A stretch of 64,000 nt of DNA from Pseudobdellovibrionaceae bacterium (GCA_021463345.1 JAJTYM010000002.1:99646-163645), one strand, 5' to 3'; shown: positions 19,955-30,316, counted from the first letter of the stretch. Numbers and translations are program-made. Notes: generated by a model not told the origin, from the letters alone.

Positions 19955-20731
19955 ATGAAAGTCTTCGTTTGCATCAAGCAAGTGCCCGACACGGAAACAA
20001 AAATCAAAATCCGCGCCGACGGCAACGGCATCGACGCCACCGGCATCAAATGGGTCATGAACCCGTACGACGAGTTCGCGGTCGAAGAAGCGATCAAGAT
20101 GAAAGAGAGTGGCACGGCCAGTGCCGTCACGGCCGTCGGCCTGGGCCCGAAAGCGCGCGTGAGTGAAGCGCTGCGCACAGCGCTCGCCATGGGGGCCGAT
20201 GACGCGATCGTCATCGACGCCACCGAAGACATGGACAGCTACGCCACCGCGAAAGCCCTGGCCGCGGCGATCAAAGCCGAAGGCGATGGCAAGTTCATCC
20301 TGACCGGCAAACTCGCCATCGACGACAACCAGGCCGCGGTCAGTCAGATGATCGCGGAATTCCTCGGCCTCCCGCACGCCACGGTCGTTTCGAAACTCGA
20401 GTACGGCGACAACCAGGTCACCGCCGAGCGCGAAGTCGAGGGCGGTACGCGCGAGATCGTGCAACTCACCTTGCCCGCGGTCGTCGGCGCCAACAAAGGC
20501 CTGAACGCCCCACGTTACGCGAGTCTGCCGGGCATCATGAAGGCCAAGAAAAAGCAGATCAAGGAAATCGCCTTGAGCGCCCTGGATTCCAACGCTGGCG
20601 AATTGCGCGTGAAATTCCAAGATTACCAGCTTCCGCCGGAGAAACCGCCGGTCAAAGTCATCCAAGGCGACGCCGCTCAAACCGCCGCTCAACTCGTCAA
20701 GCTTCTCCGCGAAGAGGCCAAAGTCATCTAA
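19955..20731 (+). CDS. etfB: Electron transfer flavoprotein beta subunit
   Basis: MKVFVCIKQVPDTETKIKI is the canonical EtfB N-terminus. GGGGGAG precedes the ATG. Confidence 0.95.
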   Translation: MKVFVCIKQVPDTETKIKIRADGNGIDATGIKWVMNPYDEFAVEEAIKMKESGTASAVTAVGLGPKARVSEALRTALAMGADDAIVIDATEDMDSYATAKALAAAIKAEGDGKFILTGKLAIDDNQAAVSQMIAEFLGLPHATVVSKLEYGDNQVTAEREVEGGTREIVQLTLPAVVGANKGLNAPRYASLPGIMKAKKKQIKEIALSALDSNAGELRVKFQDYQLPPEKPPVKVIQGDAAQTAAQLVKLLREEAKVI

Positions 20732-20759
20732 AAACAACGGCTCAAAAGGGATCCCGGAC

Positions 20760-21725
20760 ATGTCCATCGTCACCGTCTTCACCGAATTCACCAACGGCCA
20801 ACTCAAAAAGGGCGCCCTCGAGCTCCTGACAGCCGCGCGCTCCTCTGGCAATAAAGTCCAGGCGATCGCGCTCGGAAGCGGCGCGGGCCGGATCGCCGAT
20901 CAACTCGCGCAATATGGCGTCGATGAGGCGTTCCTCGGCGACAACGCGGCCTTCGATGACTACAACCCAGAGATTTTCGCGGCCGCCGTCGCGCAGATCC
21001 TCGAAGCGCAGAAACCGGCGATCGCGCTCGCCTCATCGACCATGCTCGGCCGCGATCTCTTCCCGCGCGTGGCCGCGCGCCTGAAGACAGGCGTCGCCAG
21101 CGACTGCACGGAACTCACGATCTCCGGCGACGGCGTCCAAGCGCGCCGCCCGATGTACGCGGGCAAATGCACCGCAGCCGTCGTGTTCGAGAACAGTCCC
21201 GTCAAAATGGTGCTGATGCGCCCGAACCAACTGCCGGCCGGAACGCCCGAAGGCAAAAAGAACGTGGTCGTTCACCAGGTTCCCACGCCTACCTTGGATC
21301 TCAAGACGCTCGTCAAGCAGATCGTCAAGGGCGCCAGCGAAAAGCTCGACCTCACCGAGGCGAACGTCATCGTCGCCGGCGGCCGCGGCATGCGTGACGC
21401 CGCGAGCTTCAAGCTCCTGCACGATCTCGCCGAGGTGATCGGCGCGACAGTCGGCGCCTCCCGCGCGGTCGTCGACGCCGGCTGGGTCCCCCATGGGATG
21501 CAGGTCGGCCAGACCGGTAAAACCGTCGCCCCCACTCTGTACATCGCGTGCGGCATTTCGGGCGCGATCCAGCATTTGGCCGGCATGAGCGGCAGCAAAG
21601 TGATCGTGGCGATCAACAAAGACGCCAGCGCGCCGATCTTTCAGAAAGCCACGTACGGCCTCGTCGGCGATGTCTTTGAAGTGTTGCCGCTGTTGACCGC
21701 CGAATTCAAGAAGCTCCTCCACTGA
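20760..21725 (+). CDS. etfA: Electron transfer flavoprotein alpha subunit
   Basis: The FAD-binding C-terminal domain is present (IVAGGRGM..., YIACGISGAIQHLAGM). Confidence 0.95.
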   Translation: MSIVTVFTEFTNGQLKKGALELLTAARSSGNKVQAIALGSGAGRIADQLAQYGVDEAFLGDNAAFDDYNPEIFAAAVAQILEAQKPAIALASSTMLGRDLFPRVAARLKTGVASDCTELTISGDGVQARRPMYAGKCTAAVVFENSPVKMVLMRPNQLPAGTPEGKKNVVVHQVPTPTLDLKTLVKQIVKGASEKLDLTEANVIVAGGRGMRDAASFKLLHDLAEVIGATVGASRAVVDAGWVPHGMQVGQTGKTVAPTLYIACGISGAIQHLAGMSGSKVIVAINKDASAPIFQKATYGLVGDVFEVLPLLTAEFKKLLH

Positions 21726-21747
21726 CCCCGCCGATCGACAAGAACCG

Positions 21748-22395
21748 ATGATTCGCGCCCGCGTACTGCCGTTGCTGATATTCTGGACGTACCGGGCGCT
21801 GGCTGCCACCTGGCGGGTACGCATCCATCATTCCCCCGCTTTCGCGGCCAAGCTACACGGCGGCGAACCCGTCGTTTTCGCGCACTGGCACGGCGACGAA
21901 CTCGCGATTCTGCATTTGCTCAAGCCTTACCGCGCCTGCGCGATGGTCTCGACCAGCAAAGACGGCGAGATCATGGCCGAAGCGATCCGCCTGCTCGGCG
22001 CGAAGACCTCGCGCGGCTCGAGTACGCGCGGCGGAGTCACGGCCCTCAAAGGGATCCTGCGTTTGGCGAAAGACGGTTGGCGGCCGAGCGTCGCCGTCGA
22101 TGGCCCGAAAGGCCCGTACCATGTCGTGAAACCCGGCGTGTTCGAAATCTCGAAACTCATCGGCGGGGGAGTCGTCCCGCTCGCGGCACACGTCGCGCGC
22201 GCGCACGTTTTTCAAAAGGCCTGGAACAAAACGTATCTGCCCCTGCCGTTCACGCGCATCCAGATCGTCTTCGCCGACCCTCTTCCGGTCGTTGGTCGGG
22301 AGGACGACGCGCACGATCCACACCTCGCCGCGCGCCTGGAATCGGCTCTAGCTAATGCGCAGCAGAAGGCCCGCAATCTCATTGCGACCCCCTGA
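21748..22395 (+). CDS. DUF374 / lysophospholipid acyltransferase-superfamily protein
   Basis: The HWHGDE and DGPKGPYHVVKPG motifs are typical of the DUF374 family. Confidence 0.7.
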   Translation: MIRARVLPLLIFWTYRALAATWRVRIHHSPAFAAKLHGGEPVVFAHWHGDELAILHLLKPYRACAMVSTSKDGEIMAEAIRLLGAKTSRGSSTRGGVTALKGILRLAKDGWRPSVAVDGPKGPYHVVKPGVFEISKLIGGGVVPLAAHVARAHVFQKAWNKTYLPLPFTRIQIVFADPLPVVGREDDAHDPHLAARLESALANAQQKARNLIATP

Positions 22396-22449
22396 TTTCT
22401 CCTTTAGCCTTTTAAGAAGATCTTCCAAGGAAATAAAGGGGTTAAGGTC

Positions 22450-23271
22450 ATGATGCGGAATTTCGTCGCCTTGGCTTTTGTCATCGCTACCGCGCCCGCG
22501 ATCGCGCAGGACAAAACACAAGACCACATCGTCGCCACGGTCGGCGAAAAAAAAATCACTCTCAAAGAGTTCAACGGGAAATACGAGGAGGTCCTCAAAC
22601 AGACGATCAACCCCCCGTCCCGCGAACTTTTCCTCGAAGATCTCGTGCGTTACGAAATGGGCGTCCAAGAAGCGAACAAACGCCAATTGGAGTCCGACCC
22701 GATCGTCAAAGAGCGCATCCGCCAAGAAATGTACAAGGGCCTGATCGAGCGCGAACTCGGCAAACGCATCTCGGATATCAAGGTCAACGAATCCGAGATG
22801 AAAAGCTACTACAGCAAAAACCCCGAGATCCGCACGAGCCACATCCTTATTGAATTCAAACCCGACGCGACGGCCGAGCAGCGCGCCGCGGCCAAAGCCC
22901 GCGCTCAGGAAATTCACGACGAAATCAGAAAGAGCAAGCGGCCGTTCGAGGAACTGGTCGCCCTGTACTCCGACGACGTGCTCAGCAAGAAAAACGGCGG
23001 AGACGTAGGTTGGCAGAGTGGTATGACCCTGGTGCCGAATTACTACCAGGCGATCCTGAAAATGAAAGTGGGCGAGGTGAAGGGTCTCATCGAGACCCAA
23101 TACGGCTACCATGTCGTGAAAGTGACAGGACGCCGCGGTTACGCCGACGCCAACAAGCGCCAAATCCGAGCGGCGGTTTTCGACGAAAAGCGCAAAACGC
23201 TTTTCGATGAGTACTTCGCGAAGCTGCGCAGGAATTACAAAGTCGAAATGAACAAAGCCGCCTTGAAATGA
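22450..23271 (+). CDS. Periplasmic parvulin-type peptidyl-prolyl isomerase (PrsA/SurA-like) 1
   Basis: The signal peptide is MMRNFVALAFVIATAPAIAQD. The PpiC domain reads RTSHILI...GGDVGW...YGYHVVKV. Confidence 0.85.
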   Translation: MMRNFVALAFVIATAPAIAQDKTQDHIVATVGEKKITLKEFNGKYEEVLKQTINPPSRELFLEDLVRYEMGVQEANKRQLESDPIVKERIRQEMYKGLIERELGKRISDIKVNESEMKSYYSKNPEIRTSHILIEFKPDATAEQRAAAKARAQEIHDEIRKSKRPFEELVALYSDDVLSKKNGGDVGWQSGMTLVPNYYQAILKMKVGEVKGLIETQYGYHVVKVTGRRGYADANKRQIRAAVFDEKRKTLFDEYFAKLRRNYKVEMNKAALK

Positions 23272-24284
23272 CTCGCGCCTTCAAGGTCGCAACCGATCGT
23301 CTCCATCGAAACGAGGGCCGTACAGCCCTCGTTTCTCGTTTCTTGCCGGCCGCATTGGCGGCGTTCCTCGCCACCGGCTGCTTCAGCCAAAAACACGTCA
23401 TCGGCGCCAAAACCGTTCTCAAGGTCAACCAGACGGAAATCACGACTCAGGAGTTCAGCGACCGCCTGGCCAAGCGCCTGAAAGGCCTCGACGCCCTCCA
23501 CGTCAAGGACGACGGTAATCTCAACCGCGCCAAGGAGCAGACGATCGAGTCCTTCGTGCTTGAAGCGCTGGTCAGGGACTTCGCCAAAACCGAAGGCATT
23601 TCGATAACGCCCGGCGAACTCGAAAAGGAAGTCTCGGAGATTCGTTCGAAGTATCCCGACGACAACGCCTTCCGCCGCGCGCTCGCCGATGAAAACCGGC
23701 CGCTCGACGCCTGGAAGCGAGATCTTGAATTCACCCTGCTCCACAAAAAAGTCTTGGCTCGCCTGATGAGCGGAGTACCGGCCCCGACCGAAGCGGAACT
23801 GAAAACGTACTACGAGGAAAACCGCAAGCTTTTCGAGCGACCGGCTCGTATTCAACTGCGTCAAATCGTGCTCGAAACAGAAGATAACGCGAAGCGTATT
23901 CTCGATGAGCTCAATTCTGGCAAAACATTCGAAGGCCTCGCCCGAAAATTTTCAGTGGCGCCTGAAGGCGAAAACGGAGGCGTCACCGGTTGGATCGAAA
24001 AAGGCACTCTCGAGATTTTCGACAACGCGTTCAAACTGAATGTCGGCCAGCGCAGCAAAATCATCAAGAGCCCTTACGGTTGGCATATTTTTGAAGTTCT
24101 CAAAAAAGAACCCGAAGCCCGTTTGAACTTCGATCAGGCGAAAGATAGGATACGGGGCCTGGTTATGGAGCGTCGGGAGCAGGGGACTTTCTCCGCTTGG
24201 CTCGAGCAGCAAATCAAAAAGTCCGCTATTCTCCGCAACGACGCGCTCATAAAGGCCATCCAAGTCACGACCCGGGGGTCCTGA
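23268..24284 (+). CDS. Parvulin-type peptidyl-prolyl isomerase 2 (probable lipoprotein)
   Basis: The lipobox is FLATGC. The PpiC domain reads IQLRQIVL...GGVTGW...PYGWHIFEV. Its ATG overlaps the previous stop (ATGA). Confidence 0.8.
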   Translation: MTRAFKVATDRLHRNEGRTALVSRFLPAALAAFLATGCFSQKHVIGAKTVLKVNQTEITTQEFSDRLAKRLKGLDALHVKDDGNLNRAKEQTIESFVLEALVRDFAKTEGISITPGELEKEVSEIRSKYPDDNAFRRALADENRPLDAWKRDLEFTLLHKKVLARLMSGVPAPTEAELKTYYEENRKLFERPARIQLRQIVLETEDNAKRILDELNSGKTFEGLARKFSVAPEGENGGVTGWIEKGTLEIFDNAFKLNVGQRSKIIKSPYGWHIFEVLKKEPEARLNFDQAKDRIRGLVMERREQGTFSAWLEQQIKKSAILRNDALIKAIQVTTRGS

Positions 24285-25237
24285 TGCGCTTTGCGGCTCT
24301 TTTCTTCGCGTGCTCACTGTCGCTCGTCGCGAGCGCCGACATCGTCGAGCGCATCGTCGCTATCGTCAACAACGAGATCATCACGCTCTCCGACGTCAAT
24401 AAATACGCCGAACGCCTAAAGAGCGGCGGGCTCACCGACGATCTGCTGATCTCGGACGAAGCGACGAAGAGCGCCGTGCTCGCGGACCGAGATAAGCTTC
24501 TGCAGAAAATGATCGATGAAAAGCTCATCGACTCCGAGGTCAAACGCCAGAACCTGCAAATTCCCATCGAGCGGGTGGAGCAGGAGATCCGCACGATCGC
24601 CAAACGCAACGGCCTCACCCGCGATCAACTCAAAGAGGAGATCACGGGACGCGGCGTTTCGTTCGCCCAATACCAGGATTTCCTCAAAACGGGCCTCGAA
24701 CGCCAGTCCTTGATCGAAAAAGCGGTCGCCTCAAAGATCAAACTCACCGAGCAAGACATCCTCAACCATTACGCCCAGACCTCCGTGGGCGGCGGACAGG
24801 CGTTCGAGTACACGCTCGCGCACGCGCTGTTCCTGAAAAGCAAGGGCGGCGCGACGGCCGCCAGGCAACGCGCGGAACTGTTTTTGCGCCGCTTGAAGGA
24901 AGGCGGTAACTTCGAAAAACTCGCCGGCGAGATGAGCGAAGACCCGAACTTCGAAGCGGGCGGCCTGCTTGGCACGTTCAAAACCGGCGAGTTCATAAAA
25001 GAACTCGAACAAGAAGCCCGTACGATGGATGCCGGCGGCGTCAGCGGCGTGATCGAAACCGGATCCGGCTTCCATGTCCTGAAAGTGCTCGGCAAAAAAC
25101 TCGTGCCCGACCCCAGGTTCGAGCGGGAAAAGGAGCGGATCCACCAATCCCTCTACGAACAGGCCTACCGACGCCAACTCCAATCGTGGCTCGAGCAACT
25201 GCGCGTTGACGCGTTCATTCGGATCAACCCGAAGTGA
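24284..25237 (+). CDS. surA: SurA-like periplasmic chaperone / PPIase
   Basis: The signal peptide is MRFAALFFACSLSLVASA. The SurA N-domain motif (IVAIVNNEIITLSDV) and a C-terminal parvulin domain (GSGFHVLKV) are present. Its start overlaps the previous stop, and pdxA follows as in enterobacterial surA-pdxA. Confidence 0.8.
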   Translation: MRFAALFFACSLSLVASADIVERIVAIVNNEIITLSDVNKYAERLKSGGLTDDLLISDEATKSAVLADRDKLLQKMIDEKLIDSEVKRQNLQIPIERVEQEIRTIAKRNGLTRDQLKEEITGRGVSFAQYQDFLKTGLERQSLIEKAVASKIKLTEQDILNHYAQTSVGGGQAFEYTLAHALFLKSKGGATAARQRAELFLRRLKEGGNFEKLAGEMSEDPNFEAGGLLGTFKTGEFIKELEQEARTMDAGGVSGVIETGSGFHVLKVLGKKLVPDPRFEREKERIHQSLYEQAYRRQLQSWLEQLRVDAFIRINPK

Positions 25238-26226
25238 AAAAGCCGCTTCGGATCGCGATTACGACCGGCGACGTCGACGGAATCGGGACCGAAGTCGCCG
25301 CGAAAGCTTTGGCACGCATCAAGCCCCGAGCCGGCGTCGCCTATTACCTTTGGCGCTCGCCGCGCACGCCTGCGCGCCATCTGAGCATCATCGACCGGCA
25401 CTTCCGCCGCTCAACGGTCACCTCCTGGCCCGAGGCCCTCAAAGCCCCGATCGAAAGCCCAAAAACGATCATCGACATCAACTCGAACCTCCCTCCGCCT
25501 ATCTGGGTGGAAATGACGGCGCAGGCCAGCCACTTCGGCCATATCGACGCGATGGCGACGGCTCCGTTGTCGAAGACGGCGATCGTCTCCGCCGGCCTGC
25601 GGGATATAGGCCATACCGATATCCTCAAGAGGCTCACGGGGGTCGAATCCCTTTTCATGGGCTTCATCGGCGATAAGTTCAATGTTCTCCTCGCCACCGG
25701 GCACCTACCGATCTCCGGCGTCGCGAGCCGCGTTTCGGCCGCGACGCTGGAAAAAGCGATCCGCGCCGCCGATGACCTGCGCAGGCTTCTCGATAAAAAA
25801 CGGGCCACGAGGTCTCTTGCCGTCCTAGGCCTCAACCCGCATGCCGGCGAAGAGGGGCTCATCGGCGACGAGGAAAAAGGCGTGCACCGCCCGGTCATCG
25901 CGAAGCTCAGAAAAACGGGCTTCAAAATCGAGGGACCGCTCGCCCCGGACGCGGCGTATTTCCCTGCGAACTGGAAGGAATACTCCGTTTACGTCGCCAA
26001 TTACCATGATCAAGGCTTGATACCGTTCAAAATGATCCATGGCCAAGAGTCGGGAGTGCATATCACGATGGGGCTACCCTTCGTGCGCACGAGCGTCGAC
26101 CATGGAACGGCAAAAGATATCTTCGGCAAAGACAAGGCCGATGAGTCGTCGATGCGGCTCGCCGTCGAGTGGGCCGTCAAACTCGCGAAAGCGCGTGCCT
26201 CGACGGGCGCGGCAGAGGCGGATTGA
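25234..26226 (+). CDS. pdxA: 4-hydroxythreonine-4-phosphate dehydrogenase
   Basis: The sequence is PdxA-family (ITTGDVDGIG, GLNPHAGE, VRTSVDHGTA). The GTG start overlaps the surA stop. Confidence 0.9.
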   Translation: MKKPLRIAITTGDVDGIGTEVAAKALARIKPRAGVAYYLWRSPRTPARHLSIIDRHFRRSTVTSWPEALKAPIESPKTIIDINSNLPPPIWVEMTAQASHFGHIDAMATAPLSKTAIVSAGLRDIGHTDILKRLTGVESLFMGFIGDKFNVLLATGHLPISGVASRVSAATLEKAIRAADDLRRLLDKKRATRSLAVLGLNPHAGEEGLIGDEEKGVHRPVIAKLRKTGFKIEGPLAPDAAYFPANWKEYSVYVANYHDQGLIPFKMIHGQESGVHITMGLPFVRTSVDHGTAKDIFGKDKADESSMRLAVEWAVKLAKARASTGAAEAD

Positions 26227-26268
26227 ACGGAACGATGCTGGCGTTCCGTCCAGGAAACGAGGGGGATC

Positions 26269-27639
26269 ATGATCAACGCAGAGATTTTCCGCGAATATGA
26301 CATCCGTGGCGTCGTCGGTCGCGACTACGACGAAACGTTCGCGTACGCGCTAGGACAGGGCTTCATGGCCTACATGCGCGAACGCGGGGTCACCGGCGAC
26401 CCGATCATCACCGTCGGAGAGGACGCGCGTCTTTCGAGCCCGGGGATCGCGAAAGCCCTCTCAGAAGGCCTCGCCGCCTGCGGCGCCAAAGTCGTTCGAC
26501 TGGGGCTCGTGACCACGCCCATCTCGTATTTTTCGATGTTCGAATACCCAGGCGCCAAGGGCGGCGTCATGGTGACCGGAAGCCACAATCCTCCCGAGTA
26601 CAACGGCTTCAAAATCTCGTTCGGGAAATCGACCATCTTCGGCGAAGAGATCCAGAAACTCCGCCGACTCATGGAACGCGGCCGGTTTCCAGAGGGCCAC
26701 GGCTCGATCACGGGTCACGACATCTTTCCGGCCTATCTTGCGCGCTATGAAAAAGAATTCGCTTCGATGCCGAAAGTCCCGGTCGTCCTCGATTGCGGCA
26801 ACGGGGCCGCCGGCTGCATCGTGCGGCGGCTGTTCGAGGAATCCGCGGGGCTCAAACCCGTTATCCTTTTCGAGCAACCCGACGGGCGTTTCCCGAACCA
26901 CCACCCTGACCCGACGGTCGAAAAGAACCTCAGGGATCTCGCAAAGGCGGTCAAGGAGCACAACGCCGTCTGCGGCATCGGTTTTGACGGCGACGCGGAC
27001 CGCATCGGCGTCGTCGATCAGAACGGCCGCTTCGTTCCCGGCGACGAGCTGATGGTCGTCGTGAGCCGCGCGATCCTTGCCGAAAAGCCCGGTTCCATCA
27101 TCGTCGGGGACGTGAAGTGCTCCGACCGCCTCTACGCCGACGTCGCCGAGCGCGGCGGCCGTCCGATCATGTGGAAAACGGGCCACAGCCTGATCAAGGA
27201 CAAGATCAGGGAGGAAAACGCGCCATTCGGCGGAGAGCTCTCCGGCCACGTCTTTTTCTCTGACCGCAATTATGGCTACGACGATTCCCTTTACGCGGCG
27301 CTGAGGCTGCTCGAGATCCTTGGTAAAACCGGGAAAACGATCGATCGATTGCTCGAAGGGCTGCCCTCGGCGTACAACACGCCCGAAATCCGCATAGACA
27401 CGACAGAAGAGAAAAAACGGTCGATTGTGGCGAAGCTCAAAGAGATTTACAATCGCGACACGGCCGAGCACAAAGTCAACACTATCGACGGCGTGCGAAT
27501 CAGCTTCAAGAACGGCTGGGCCCTGGCGCGCGCTTCGAACACGCAACCGGTCCTCGTCCTGCGGTTCGAGGCCGATACCCAGGCGGCGCTCGACGAGATC
27601 CGTGGGCGCATCGAAGGCGTGGTCAATCCGCTTCTCTGA
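26269..27639 (+). CDS. Phosphomannomutase / phosphoglucomutase
   Basis: The active-site loop TGSHNP, the metal-binding motif GFDGDADR and the GELSGH motif are present. Confidence 0.9.
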   Translation: MINAEIFREYDIRGVVGRDYDETFAYALGQGFMAYMRERGVTGDPIITVGEDARLSSPGIAKALSEGLAACGAKVVRLGLVTTPISYFSMFEYPGAKGGVMVTGSHNPPEYNGFKISFGKSTIFGEEIQKLRRLMERGRFPEGHGSITGHDIFPAYLARYEKEFASMPKVPVVLDCGNGAAGCIVRRLFEESAGLKPVILFEQPDGRFPNHHPDPTVEKNLRDLAKAVKEHNAVCGIGFDGDADRIGVVDQNGRFVPGDELMVVVSRAILAEKPGSIIVGDVKCSDRLYADVAERGGRPIMWKTGHSLIKDKIREENAPFGGELSGHVFFSDRNYGYDDSLYAALRLLEILGKTGKTIDRLLEGLPSAYNTPEIRIDTTEEKKRSIVAKLKEIYNRDTAEHKVNTIDGVRISFKNGWALARASNTQPVLVLRFEADTQAALDEIRGRIEGVVNPLL

Positions 27640-27676
27640 CAGCGCTCTCCGAAGCGGTCATTATGGGTGAGGTTCC

Positions 27677-30316
27677 ATGGACGACGGGCAATTCGAGGGG
27701 ATCCAGGTCCGCGGCGCGCGCGAACACAATTTGAAAAACGTGAACGTCGACATCCCACGCAACAAGATCACCGTGATCACGGGCTTGAGCGGGAGCGGCA
27801 AGAGTTCGATGGCTTTCGACACCATTTACGCCGAAGGACAGCGCCGTTACGTCGACTCGCTCTCGGCTTACGCCAGGAACTTCCTCGACAAACTCAAAAA
27901 GCCCGACGTCGATTCGATCTCGGGATTGTCCCCCGCGATAGCGATCGACCAGAAATCCGTCGGCCTCAATCCCCGCTCCACCGTTGGAACGGTCACCGAG
28001 GTTTACGACTACCTGCGCCTCCTGTTCGCGAGAGTCGGAGAGCCCCGCTGTCCGATCCACAAAATCCCCGTCGCGGCGCAGACACCCGACCAGATCATCG
28101 CCGATATCGAAAACAAGCCGCCGGGCACACGGCTTTACGTGCTCGCTCCCTATGCGCAAGGCAAAAAGGGCGAGTTCATGAATGAGTTCCAGAAGTGGCT
28201 GCGACGCGGGTTCGTAAGCGCGAAAATCGACGGCAAGTTCACGGATCTCGAAAAAGCGAAAAAGCTCGCAAAGACCAAGACCCATGACATCGACATCGTG
28301 ATCGACAAACTCGTCATCAAGGACGGCATCCGCGGCCGCCTGGCCGAAAGCGTTCACACGGCCCTCCAGTACGGGAACGACCGCGTGGCCATCGAAACCG
28401 CCAAAGGCGATCGCAAGACTTATTCGATCCATTCGGCCTGCCCGGCTTGCGGCTTCAATTTTCCGGAAATCGAGCCGCGGCTTTTCAGTTTCAACAATCC
28501 GCGCGGAGCGTGCGAGACTTGCGGCGGCCTAGGGACGGTCGACATCCAAGAAGTACAGGACACCCGATACGCCAACGGCGAAAGCGGAGACGCGCAAAAA
28601 CTCAGCGTCCGCTACCGCTTGTCCGATAAAATCGCCCGCGGGACCGAAGAGAACGAAGACGGCGAAATCGACCAACTCGCGATCCGCGTTTGCCCCGACT
28701 GCGATGGCACGCGTCTGCGACCCGAGCCACGCAACGTCCTGATCGCCGGGCAAACCATCACCGAACTCGCGGCATTGTCCGCTAAAGACCTGCGTGAAAC
28801 CCTCAAGAAGGCCGTCTGGCCCGATCGCGAAAAGACCATCAGCGAGAAAGTCCTCAAGCAGATCGATTCGCGGTTGAATTACCTGGTGCGCGTTGGCGCC
28901 GGCTACCTGAGCCTCGATCGCCCCACTCGAACGCTTTCAGGCGGGGAAGGCCAACGGATCCGGTTGGCGACGCAGGTCGGGTCCTCGCTCGTCGGCGTTC
29001 TCTATGTGCTCGATGAACCGAGCATCGGACTGCACCCTCGCGATCATCATCGGCTCCTGGACATCCTGCGCGACTTGCGCGAACTCGGGAACACGATCCT
29101 GATGGTCGAACACGACGAGGACACGATCCGTTCGGCCGACCATATCGTCGATCTCGGCCCACGCGCGGGCGTCTTGGGAGGCGACGTCATCGCCGCGGGA
29201 ACCCCCGACGAGATATCCGGGAACGAGAGGAGTCTCACGGGCCGCTACCTGGCGGGGACCGATTCGATCCCAGTCCCTAAAGAACGCCGCAAAGGCAACG
29301 GACAGGTCTTGGGCTTGGAGGGAGCCGCCGGCAACAACCTCAAGAACATTTCCATCGAGATCCCTCTCGGCACGTTCACGGCGGTCACCGGCGTTTCCGG
29401 AAGCGGCAAGAGCACGCTCATCATGGATACCCTCTATCGGATCCTCGCCAATCATTTTCACGATTCGAAGTGGGAAGTCGCGCCGTACGAAAAAATCCGT
29501 GGCCTCGAGCATCTCGATAAAGTCATCGATATCAATCAGAACCCGATCGGCCGCACCCCGCGTTCGACGCCCGCGACATACGTGGGACTTTTCCCTCTCG
29601 TACGCGATCTGTTCGCCTCGCTCCCGGATTCGCAGGTGCGCGGCTACGGTCCGGGCCGCTTCAGTTTCAACGTCAAAGGCGGCCGTTGCGAGGCCTGTCA
29701 AGGCGGCGGGATGATCCGCGTCGAAATGCATTTCATGTCCGACGTGTACGTGCATTGCGACGCCTGCAATGGGCGCCGTTACAACAAAGAAACGCTCGCC
29801 ATCAAGTACAAGGACAGGAGTGTGGCCGACGTCCTCGATATGAGCGTCGGCGAGGCTCTCGAGTTCTTCCAAAACCACAAGCTGATCCATCGAAAACTCG
29901 AAACTCTCCACCGCGTCGGCCTGGACTACATCACGCTCGGACAGAGTTCGACGACCCTTTCAGGAGGCGAAGCCCAACGCGTGAAACTGAGCAAGGAGCT
30001 GTCGAAGCGGGGCACCGGGAAAACGCTCTACATACTGGACGAGCCGACGACGGGCCTGCATTTCGCCGATATCGCGAAACTCGTGGAACTCCTCCAGGAA
30101 CTCGTCGACCAGGGGAATACGGTGCTCGTCATCGAGCACAACCTGGATGTGGTGAAGTCTGTGGATCATGTGATCGATCTCGGCCCCGACGGCGGGAACG
30201 CCGGCGGTGAAATCGTCGCCGTAGGGACGCCCGAACACGTCCTGAAATCCGCGCACAGCGAAACCGGCAAATTCCTCAAATCCGTCATGCGCCAAGCCCG
30301 CCAAAACGCTCGCTGA
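27677..30316 (+). CDS. uvrA: Excinuclease ABC subunit A (879 aa, shorter than the roughly 940-aa canonical form)
   Basis: The protein has two ABC modules (GLSGSGKSS and GVSGSGKST, with LSGGE signatures) and zinc modules (CPAC, CETC...CPDC, CEAC...CDAC). Confidence 0.95.
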   Translation: MDDGQFEGIQVRGAREHNLKNVNVDIPRNKITVITGLSGSGKSSMAFDTIYAEGQRRYVDSLSAYARNFLDKLKKPDVDSISGLSPAIAIDQKSVGLNPRSTVGTVTEVYDYLRLLFARVGEPRCPIHKIPVAAQTPDQIIADIENKPPGTRLYVLAPYAQGKKGEFMNEFQKWLRRGFVSAKIDGKFTDLEKAKKLAKTKTHDIDIVIDKLVIKDGIRGRLAESVHTALQYGNDRVAIETAKGDRKTYSIHSACPACGFNFPEIEPRLFSFNNPRGACETCGGLGTVDIQEVQDTRYANGESGDAQKLSVRYRLSDKIARGTEENEDGEIDQLAIRVCPDCDGTRLRPEPRNVLIAGQTITELAALSAKDLRETLKKAVWPDREKTISEKVLKQIDSRLNYLVRVGAGYLSLDRPTRTLSGGEGQRIRLATQVGSSLVGVLYVLDEPSIGLHPRDHHRLLDILRDLRELGNTILMVEHDEDTIRSADHIVDLGPRAGVLGGDVIAAGTPDEISGNERSLTGRYLAGTDSIPVPKERRKGNGQVLGLEGAAGNNLKNISIEIPLGTFTAVTGVSGSGKSTLIMDTLYRILANHFHDSKWEVAPYEKIRGLEHLDKVIDINQNPIGRTPRSTPATYVGLFPLVRDLFASLPDSQVRGYGPGRFSFNVKGGRCEACQGGGMIRVEMHFMSDVYVHCDACNGRRYNKETLAIKYKDRSVADVLDMSVGEALEFFQNHKLIHRKLETLHRVGLDYITLGQSSTTLSGGEAQRVKLSKELSKRGTGKTLYILDEPTTGLHFADIAKLVELLQELVDQGNTVLVIEHNLDVVKSVDHVIDLGPDGGNAGGEIVAVGTPEHVLKSAHSETGKFLKSVMRQARQNAR

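Noticed and set aside
30160-30168. An isolated DnaA-box-like TGTGGATCA inside uvrA.
   Set aside because: It is a single 1-mismatch 9-mer within coding sequence. Such a match is expected by chance and is not clustered.
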